A stretch of DNA of 64,000 nt, taken from NCBI GenBank assembly GCA_963676565.1, contig OY781089.1:1088001-1152000 (forward strand), given 5' to 3'. Below the pieces are notes generated by a model. It was given only the letters and a program-made list of their open reading frames with translations. It made no database searches and was not told the DNA's origin. Position 1 is the stretch's first letter. The number at the start of each line of letters is the position of its first letter. The stretch is from Halarcobacter sp. (GTDB lineage Bacteria; Campylobacterota; Campylobacteria; Campylobacterales; Arcobacteraceae). Positions 49,287 to 57,085 of this stretch are shown here, piece by piece. The translations under genes and the position numbers were made by a program.

Positions 49287-51047
49287 ATGCAAAAGTTTAT
49301 AAAACAATTTTTAATAATTTCTACAATTTTAGTTGGATTTTCCATATCTGCTTTTTCAAAAGAGAATATAATTTTATACTTTGATGAGATTGCTATTGAG
49401 GATAAAGTGAATCTTTCTATTTATGGTTCAGCAGAATCAGAAGATTTTTCTTCCCATAAATGGCAAATTATAAATGTAAAAGTAAAAGGTAGTAAAAATA
49501 AAGAGCTTCTTTTTAGTACTGAGACTGATAAAAAAGGTTTTTGGGAAGTTGAGAATATAGATATCAAAGATTTTAGTGATGGAAAGCTTAATATTGAAGT
49601 TAAAATGATGACAGAAGATGGTGAAGTTTTGGCTTCTTTAGTAGATAAAAACACTATAAAAGATACAAGTTTTAAAATAACTGAATTTCTAAAAAATCAT
49701 TTATCAGCATCAATTTTTTCATTAATGGTGATTTTATTACTACTTGGTTTTCCTATGATGATTCCATTAATTGCAGGAACCTCATTGGGGGTTTTCTTAC
49801 TTTTTGATGGAGATTTTTCAAAAATGGAGTTTCTAATTCAGCAGATGATGGGAGGAATTAGACCAGCTGCATTAATTGCAGTTCCTATGTTTATTCTATC
49901 TGCTGATATTATGACTAGGGGGAAAAGTGCAGAAAAGCTCATTGATTTAGTAATGGCTTTTGTAAGACATATTAAGGGTGGACTTGCAGTTAGTACAGCA
50001 GGAGCTTGTGCTATGTTTGGTGCTGTTTCTGGTTCTACTCAGGCAACTGTTGTTGCAATTGGATCTCCTTTAAGACCAAGACTTAAAAAAGGTGGATATA
50101 AAGAATCATTTATTTTAGCTCTTATAGTAAATTCAAGTGATATCGCCTTTTTAATCCCTCCAAGTATTGGGATGATTATTTATGGAATTGTTGCTAAAAC
50201 ATCTATTCCTGAACTTTTTATTGCAGGGATTGGACCTGGATTATTAATCCTTTTTCTATTTTCAATTTATAGTATTATTTATGCATATAGACATAATATC
50301 CCAACTGAACCAAAAGCTACATGGAAAGAAAGGGGTAGTGCTTTAGTAAATGCCTTATGGCCTTTAGGTTTCCCTGCAATTATTGTTGGGGGTATTTTTG
50401 GAGGAATCTTCTCTCCAACTGAAGCTGCTGCTGTTAGTGTAGCATATGCAATTTTCTTAGAAGGTATTGTTTTTAAAACAATGAAATTAAAAGATTTGTA
50501 TGCAACTGCTAAATCAACTGGATTAGTAACAGCTGTTGTATTTATATTAGTTGGAGCTGGAGCTGGATTTGCATGGGTTTTATCATTTGCTCAAATTCCA
50601 CAACAAATTTTAAGTTCTATTGGTATTACTGAAATGGGACCTTATCAAGTTTTATTTGTAATCTCAATCGCTTTTTTTGTTGGGTGTATGTTTGTTGATC
50701 CAATTGTAGTTATATTAGTTTTAGTTCCTATTTTTGCACCAATTGTAAATTCAGTTGGATTAGATCCAGTTTTAGTGGGAACTATTATTACACTTCAAGT
50801 AGCAATTGGTTCTGCAACTCCACCTTTTGGTTGTGATATTTTTACAGCTATTGCTGTATTTAAAAGACCATATTTAGAAGTAATAAAAGGAACACCACCA
50901 TTTATTTTTATTCTTTTAAGTGTATCTGTTGCTTTAATTTTCTTTCCAGATATTGCACTATTTTTAAGGGATGTTGCCTTTAGAGAATTAAATGTAATCG
51001 ACTATTTCCAAAATCTATTTGGTTTTAGTGCTCAAGTAATAGAATAA
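49287..51047 (+). CDS. TRAP large permease DctM (TeaC-like) with extra N-terminal soluble domain
   Basis: LLLLGFPMMIPL, IAFLIPPSIG, SATPPFG; about 135 extra N-terminal residues. Confidence 0.9.
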   Translation: MQKFIKQFLIISTILVGFSISAFSKENIILYFDEIAIEDKVNLSIYGSAESEDFSSHKWQIINVKVKGSKNKELLFSTETDKKGFWEVENIDIKDFSDGKLNIEVKMMTEDGEVLASLVDKNTIKDTSFKITEFLKNHLSASIFSLMVILLLLGFPMMIPLIAGTSLGVFLLFDGDFSKMEFLIQQMMGGIRPAALIAVPMFILSADIMTRGKSAEKLIDLVMAFVRHIKGGLAVSTAGACAMFGAVSGSTQATVVAIGSPLRPRLKKGGYKESFILALIVNSSDIAFLIPPSIGMIIYGIVAKTSIPELFIAGIGPGLLILFLFSIYSIIYAYRHNIPTEPKATWKERGSALVNALWPLGFPAIIVGGIFGGIFSPTEAAAVSVAYAIFLEGIVFKTMKLKDLYATAKSTGLVTAVVFILVGAGAGFAWVLSFAQIPQQILSSIGITEMGPYQVLFVISIAFFVGCMFVDPIVVILVLVPIFAPIVNSVGLDPVLVGTIITLQVAIGSATPPFGCDIFTAIAVFKRPYLEVIKGTPPFIFILLSVSVALIFFPDIALFLRDVAFRELNVIDYFQNLFGFSAQVIE

Positions 51048-51069
51048 TTTTAAGTAAAAAGGAGATGTG

Positions 51070-51525
51070 ATGTTTAAAAAAATATTAGTACCAACTGATG
51101 GTTCAGAACAAGCAAATAAGGCTTTGGATTTAGCTTGTAAAATGGCCATGGAAAATGATCAAACTCAGATAAATATATTGTCAGTTTTTAGACATCATAG
51201 TTTTACAGAAGCTTCATTAGCAATGCTTCCAAGACAAGTAGATGATGAAGCTGCAAATTTAGATGAGGTTATGAGAACATATGCAAAGGAGTTAGTTGCC
51301 AAATCAAAAGAGCTTGCTATTGAGTATGGATTAGAAAAACATAGGGTAAGAGGTTTTATTAGAATTGGGCAAGTTGCAAAAGAGATTTTAGATTTTATAA
51401 AAGAGGAAGATGTTGATTTAATTATAATTGGGAAACAAGGAAGAGGAGATTTAAGTGGTTATCTTTTAGGTGGAGTTTCCCATAAAGTTACAGGTCTTGC
51501 AAAAATCCCAGTAATGGTTGTATGA
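51070..51525 (+). CDS. Universal stress protein (TeaD-like)
   Basis: KILVPTDGS, IIGKQGRG...LLGGVSHKV; follows the TRAP genes. Confidence 0.9.
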   Translation: MFKKILVPTDGSEQANKALDLACKMAMENDQTQINILSVFRHHSFTEASLAMLPRQVDDEAANLDEVMRTYAKELVAKSKELAIEYGLEKHRVRGFIRIGQVAKEILDFIKEEDVDLIIIGKQGRGDLSGYLLGGVSHKVTGLAKIPVMVV

Positions 51526-51680
51526 TGATTTTATTTGATATTAGAAAAATCAATAGTATCTATTGCTTTAATAGAGTCTATTCAAAGGTAGCTTACTCGT
51601 CCAGATTATAAAAGGATTAAAGTTTTTAATCCTGCAATATTTTATAAATAATTTAAATAAATTCTTAATCGGACAAAAAA

Positions 51681-52841
51681 ATGAAAAATAAAACAATGAA
51701 AGCTATGGTTTTAACAGGCCATGGAGATATAAATAAAATAAAGTACAAAGATGTAGCAATACCAAAACCAAAAAAAGGTGAGGTATTAGTTGAAGTTCAT
51801 GCCACTGCCAAAAATAATACTGATAGAAAAGCTAGAATTGGTGTTTATGGGGTGGATGATAAAAATAAAGATGAAATTACATCCTTTGATATGAGTGGGG
51901 ATAACACTTTTACCTTTCCTAAAATTCAAGGTGCAGATATAGTTGGAACAATTGTAGCAGTTGGTTCAGAAGTTTCAACTAGTAGAATTGGAAAAAAAGG
52001 TTTAATAGATTTTAATATCTATTTAGACCTTGAAAAAAATGATAATTTAAATCTAACTCCTGATTATATAGGACATGGTTGTGATGGAGGCTTTGCTGAA
52101 TATGTAGTAGTTCCCGATGAAAATTTTTATAATATGTCAAATCTTGATATAAGTGATGCCCAACTTGCAAGTTTAGGTATGTGTTCATATCAAACAGGAC
52201 TTCGAATGCTAAATGCTTCAAGGGTAAAAAAAGGAGATTTAGTATTAGTTTCTGGGGCAAGTGGTGGAGTTGGAACTGCTTTAATTCAAATGTGTAGAAT
52301 CTTAGGGGCAATTCCTTATGCCTTAAGTAGTAAAGAAAAAGAGGCGCAACTTCTAAAAATAGGAGCCGAAAAAGTAATTGATAGAGCAGATATAAATAGC
52401 TTAAAACAAAGAGTTTTAGAAGCAACAAATGGAAAAGCTATAGATGCAGTTATGGATATGGTTGGTGGAGAATACACAAATGTTTTCTTAGATTGTATGA
52501 TTACTGATATGAAAAATAAAAGTGACTATCCAAGACTTAGTATTGCAGGAGCTAGTGGAGATAATCTAACACAAATTATGTGGTCAAAGATATATCTATA
52601 TCAAATAGAGATTCATGGAGTTTCCCATGGAACTAGAAATGAAGTAAAACAATTAATGAAATGGATTAGAGAGGGGAAATTAAAACCTATGCTTCATGCC
52701 ACATTTAAGCTTTCTGAGCTTCATAAGTGTGAAGAGTATTTTGCAAATAGGTCAAATAATTATCTTGGAAAAGTAGTAGTAATTCCTGATTCAAAATGGG
52801 ATGAATATGGGAAAGAGTTTGCTCAAAAGGATTCTTTATGA
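51681..52841 (+). CDS. MDR-family NAD(P)-dependent oxidoreductase (probably Zn-free)
   Basis: NNTD, IQGAD (no GHE), GGFAEY, SGASGGVG, GKVVV. Confidence 0.85.
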   Translation: MKNKTMKAMVLTGHGDINKIKYKDVAIPKPKKGEVLVEVHATAKNNTDRKARIGVYGVDDKNKDEITSFDMSGDNTFTFPKIQGADIVGTIVAVGSEVSTSRIGKKGLIDFNIYLDLEKNDNLNLTPDYIGHGCDGGFAEYVVVPDENFYNMSNLDISDAQLASLGMCSYQTGLRMLNASRVKKGDLVLVSGASGGVGTALIQMCRILGAIPYALSSKEKEAQLLKIGAEKVIDRADINSLKQRVLEATNGKAIDAVMDMVGGEYTNVFLDCMITDMKNKSDYPRLSIAGASGDNLTQIMWSKIYLYQIEIHGVSHGTRNEVKQLMKWIREGKLKPMLHATFKLSELHKCEEYFANRSNNYLGKVVVIPDSKWDEYGKEFAQKDSL

Positions 52842-53881
52842 GTTCAAAAGAGCATAAAATAGGTCTAATTGATACCCACGCTGGAGGTGATGTTAGTAGA
52901 ATAGTTTTTTCTGGAGTTAAAAAACTTCCAGGGAAAACTGTAAGAGAGCAAATGGAATACTTACAAAAAAAGGCAGATGGTTTAAGAAAAACATTACTTT
53001 TTGAGCCATATGGAATCCCTGAGATGTCAATAGATTTAGTTGTTCCAGCTTGCGAAAGCGAAGCAGTTGCAGGATATATTATTATGGAAGTGATGGGATA
53101 TCCTATCTATTCTGGGTCTAATACTTTATGTACAGCAACTGCGGTTATTGAAAAAGGATTAGTAGCTAAAAAAGAGGGAATAACAAATTTTAAACTTGAA
53201 TCTCCTGCAGGTTTAGTTGATATTGAAGCAAATATAGTAAATGGTGTTGTTGAATCTGTAACTTGTCAAGGATTACCAAGTTATATTCATTCTTATAAAC
53301 AGATAATTAATATACCAAATTTGGGAGAAGTTACTTATTCAATAGCCTATAGTGGTGGTTTTTATGTTTTAGTTGAAGCCTCGCAACTTGGTTTTAAATT
53401 AAATAAAAGTGAAGAGGAAGAGTTATCTAAAACTGCATATATGATAATTGAAGAAATTAGAAAAAAACAGGATTTTAAACACTATAGTTTAGGTGATGTG
53501 GGACCTATTCCTTTTTTACATTTTATGGGTGAAGTTACTAAAAAACAGGAAGGTTTATATAGCTCACCTTCAACTACTTATGTACACCCAGGGGTTATTT
53601 GTAGAAGTACAACAGGAACAGGAACTTCAGCTAGACTTGCATATTTATATTATGAAGGAAAGATAAAACAAGGGGATAGATTAGAGACTATTTCCTTAAG
53701 AGATACAAGATTTATTGGAGTTTTTGAAAGTGTTGAAAAACAAAAAAACTACAATGTTATTAACAACAAAATTTCAGGTAAAAGTTATATCATAGGTAAA
53801 CAAGATATTTATATTAATTGTGATGATCCAATGTTAAATCATCTTAATAGTTTGAATGAATTAACAGATCTACTTGAATAA
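52838..53881 (+). CDS. Proline racemase superfamily protein with Ser/Thr catalytic pair (dehydratase-type)
   Basis: DTHAGG..SR, EPYG, YSGSN, CRSTTGTGTSAR. Confidence 0.85.
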   Translation: MSSKEHKIGLIDTHAGGDVSRIVFSGVKKLPGKTVREQMEYLQKKADGLRKTLLFEPYGIPEMSIDLVVPACESEAVAGYIIMEVMGYPIYSGSNTLCTATAVIEKGLVAKKEGITNFKLESPAGLVDIEANIVNGVVESVTCQGLPSYIHSYKQIINIPNLGEVTYSIAYSGGFYVLVEASQLGFKLNKSEEEELSKTAYMIIEEIRKKQDFKHYSLGDVGPIPFLHFMGEVTKKQEGLYSSPSTTYVHPGVICRSTTGTGTSARLAYLYYEGKIKQGDRLETISLRDTRFIGVFESVEKQKNYNVINNKISGKSYIIGKQDIYINCDDPMLNHLNSLNELTDLLE

Positions 53882-53899
53882 GATAAAAAGGAGAATTAT

Positions 53900-55060
53900 A
53901 TGTTAAAAAAATTTGAAGAGGTTGTAAACTTTGCAATAGATTTTAGACACAATTTACATAAACACCCAGAATTAAAATGGGAAGAAACTAATACAGCAAA
54001 ATCTATTAGAGATATTTTAGATGAGTATGATATTCCTTATAAAACCTATGCAAATACAGGAACTTGTGGACTTTTAGCACAAGATAAAAAAGGCCCTCAT
54101 ATTGCAATTAGAGGTGATATTGATGCCCTTGCATTAGTAGAAAAAACAGATGTACCATATAAGTCAACAAAAGAGCAATGTATGCATGCTTGTGGGCATG
54201 ATGGTCACACAGCAACACTAATGACGGCTGCCATTTGGTTAAAACAAAATGAACATCTATTAGAAAACCCAGTAACACTTTTATTTCAACCAGCAGAAGA
54301 GGGTGGTCATGGAGCTAAGAAAATGATAGAAGAGGGTTGTTTAGATGGTGTTGATATGATTTTTGGTTGGCATAATTGGCCTGCTATTAAATTTGGTCAA
54401 GCTGTATGTCCCGATGGTACTGTAATGGCTGGAAATGGAACTTTTCATATAAATATAAAAGGAAAGGGTGGACACTCTTCCCAACCTGAATTATGTCATG
54501 ACCCAGTTTTAGCAGCAAGTGCTATGACATTAAATCTCCAACAAATAATAAGTAGACAAGTCTCTCCACAAGATAGTGCAGTTGTTTCAGTAACTTCAAT
54601 TGATGGGAAAAGTGATTTAACTACAATCCCTGATTTTGTAAAACTTGAAGGAAGTATTAGAGTGCCAACTGATGAGTTAAAGAGTTTTGTTTTTAATAAA
54701 ATAGATGAGATTGTAAAAGCAACTGCAAAAACTTATAACGTAGAGGTTGATGTTGAATTAAGAGATAGGTATGGAGCAACAATAAACCACAAAACCCAAG
54801 CGGAAATGGTTAGAGAAGAGTTAAAAAATCAATTGGGTGAAAATTGGGAAAGTGATATTCCAACACCTATTATGGCAAGTGAAGATTTTAGCTATTATTT
54901 AAACACAATACCTGGAGCTTTTGCACTTATTGGAAGTGATGATGGGGTTGAAAAACATCAAAAAGCTTGTCATAATGTTCATTATGATTTTAATGATAAA
55001 TTAATATCTCCAGTTAGTAAAACTTTAATGAGATTAGCTGGTTACAAAGGAGAGTTTTAG
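53900..55060 (+). CDS. M20 amidohydrolase (putative N-acetyl-diaminobutyrate deacetylase)
   Basis: RHNLHKHPEL, RGDIDAL, MHACGHDGH, FQPAEEG, SEDF. Confidence 0.85.
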   Translation: MLKKFEEVVNFAIDFRHNLHKHPELKWEETNTAKSIRDILDEYDIPYKTYANTGTCGLLAQDKKGPHIAIRGDIDALALVEKTDVPYKSTKEQCMHACGHDGHTATLMTAAIWLKQNEHLLENPVTLLFQPAEEGGHGAKKMIEEGCLDGVDMIFGWHNWPAIKFGQAVCPDGTVMAGNGTFHINIKGKGGHSSQPELCHDPVLAASAMTLNLQQIISRQVSPQDSAVVSVTSIDGKSDLTTIPDFVKLEGSIRVPTDELKSFVFNKIDEIVKATAKTYNVEVDVELRDRYGATINHKTQAEMVREELKNQLGENWESDIPTPIMASEDFSYYLNTIPGAFALIGSDDGVEKHQKACHNVHYDFNDKLISPVSKTLMRLAGYKGEF

Positions 55061-55069
55061 GAGATACAA

Positions 55070-55540
55070 TTAGGCAATTGGCCTATTGTATCTCATAAAA
55101 TATATAGATGGAATTGCAAGTCCAAAGCCAATTCCCCCTAAAATAGTAATTGTTTTTAAACCATTTTCAACAAAAATAGTAATAAGTTCAGGGGTAACTC
55201 CATGGGCACTCATATTTATAAGATTTATAACAGCATTAAAAGCATATGTTCCGGGAATCAAAGGTATAATTGAAGCAATCGTATAAACAGGTCTTGGAAT
55301 AATATATTTTCTTGACCAATATAGAGCAACTAAACCAACTATTGTAGAAGCTAAAAATGTTGCAAGTTCAATACTAAAATTTATATCCATTAAAATAGTT
55401 CTTGAAGTATATGCAATTGCTCCACCAAATCCACAATATATAAGTGTATGTTTAGGAACATTAAAAACCATACCAAAGCCAATAGCTGGAATGGCAGCAA
55501 AAATTGCATTTATAATATAATTAATTAATTCAGTACCCAT
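55070..55540 (-). CDS. ThrE/YjjB family exporter small subunit
   Basis: GFGMVFNVP, IIPLIPG..A. Confidence 0.88.
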   Translation of the reverse strand: MGTELINYIINAIFAAIPAIGFGMVFNVPKHTLIYCGFGGAIAYTSRTILMDINFSIELATFLASTIVGLVALYWSRKYIIPRPVYTIASIIPLIPGTYAFNAVINLINMSAHGVTPELITIFVENGLKTITILGGIGFGLAIPSIYFMRYNRPIA

Positions 55541-55541
55541 A

Positions 55542-56333
55542 TTACCAACCTTTTAAGTCTAAAATTACAAAGGCAAAAACAATCCCAATTGCAGTTGCTA
55601 CTGTTAATAAAACAGCTTGCATCCAACGACCCCAACCCATGGCTAGATAACCTTTTACAGCATCTAAAACAGAATTGATAAAAGGGAAACCAGGAGCAAG
55701 TAAAATTACACTTGATGATAAAGCAATATCTATCTTATCACTTAATTCATATATATGGGCAAGTCCAGAGATTATTGTTGCCACAAAAGCAGTTGCAGCA
55801 AAGGTTATAATCATCACAAACTTTCTTTTTGCTAATTCTTGTCTAGTAAACATAGCTACACTTGATGCAACAAAAGTGACAAAAAATGAGATTAAATCTG
55901 CTCCGTTTAAGTATGCAAAAGAGGCACATGATAAACCAATCATAAAAACTACAAGCCATCTATTATAATAGTTTGCTTGAATCTCTTTCATTGTTTTTAA
56001 TACAAAACTTACATCTTTTTTTTCTTTTTCTGTTTGATGACACATCCTTTGAACATCACAAACAATAGACATGTTTATTGGTTTATGGTATGCCCTTCTT
56101 GTTGTTGTAACAGAGTGTGTTTGATTGTTTGTTAGTGTTGTTAAAACAATAGCCGAAGGGATTAGAGAAAGTTCAACGGAATCAACACCTAAAGCCTTTC
56201 CTAATCTTTGAGCAGTTTGTTCTATAAGTCTACTTTCTGCACCATATTCAAGCATTAATACAGCAGCTTTAATTACAGCCCTTGTAATCTTTGTTTGTTC
56301 TTCGTAAGTTAGTTGTGTTTGTATCTCTTCCAT
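55542..56333 (-). CDS. ThrE/YjjP family exporter large subunit
   Basis: YGAESRLIE, GLSCASFA, LAPGFP.INSV.D. Confidence 0.9.
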   Translation of the reverse strand: MEEIQTQLTYEEQTKITRAVIKAAVLMLEYGAESRLIEQTAQRLGKALGVDSVELSLIPSAIVLTTLTNNQTHSVTTTRRAYHKPINMSIVCDVQRMCHQTEKEKKDVSFVLKTMKEIQANYYNRWLVVFMIGLSCASFAYLNGADLISFFVTFVASSVAMFTRQELAKRKFVMIITFAATAFVATIISGLAHIYELSDKIDIALSSSVILLAPGFPFINSVLDAVKGYLAMGWGRWMQAVLLTVATAIGIVFAFVILDLKGW

Positions 56334-57085
56334 TATTTTATAAAATCTTTTATTTTTAGTATATTTCCACCATCATCAGCAATATAAAGATTACCTTTTT
56401 TATCAAAGGTTATTCCTTCTTGATCATAATAGTTTGTTAGTTTGTATTCTTTTTTTGTCTTTTGTTTTTTTAAATCATATTCAATTAAAAGTGAATCTTT
56501 ATCACTTACCATAAAAAGATTATTTTTATAAAAAGTTAATCCTGCAATATCTTTATATCCATGGTTTATAATCTCTTTAATCTTTTGTTTTTTCTTTTTC
56601 AAATCGTAATCAATAACCACAATTACAGAAGAGTCTTCTTTTGGATAAAGCTTATTAGATTGGTTTGATAAATATATTTTATCTTTTAATATGGCAATAC
56701 CTTCAATACCATCATTACCTTTTTTTAAAACCTTAATTCCATCAAATTCTCTTTTTATTGAGATCTCTTTTTTCTTTTTAAAATTTTTTTTTGATAGGAC
56801 TAAAATATTATCTTCACCTTCAATTGCTACTAATAAAATATCTTTTTTATCATCAACTGCAACACCTTCAAAATCATATTTCCCTATCTCTTTTTCCCTT
56901 AGAATTTTACCTTCTAAATCTAATTCATAAATTGAACCCTCATCTGCAACAACAAAAAGTGTGTTTGATTTTTTTGAGTAAGTGATACCAGAAGCCTCTT
57001 GAATTTTCGAAATTATAATCTCTTTTGCTAACATATTTTGAATTAAACCATTAAAAATTAAAACTATAAGAAGAAATCTTTTCAT
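56333..57085 (-). CDS. SdiA-regulated (YjiK-like) beta-propeller protein
   Basis: EASGITY, FEGVA, EGIA, QEGITFD..GNLYIAD. Confidence 0.8.
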   Translation of the reverse strand: MKRFLLIVLIFNGLIQNMLAKEIIISKIQEASGITYSKKSNTLFVVADEGSIYELDLEGKILREKEIGKYDFEGVAVDDKKDILLVAIEGEDNILVLSKKNFKKKKEISIKREFDGIKVLKKGNDGIEGIAILKDKIYLSNQSNKLYPKEDSSVIVVIDYDLKKKKQKIKEIINHGYKDIAGLTFYKNNLFMVSDKDSLLIEYDLKKQKTKKEYKLTNYYDQEGITFDKKGNLYIADDGGNILKIKDFIK

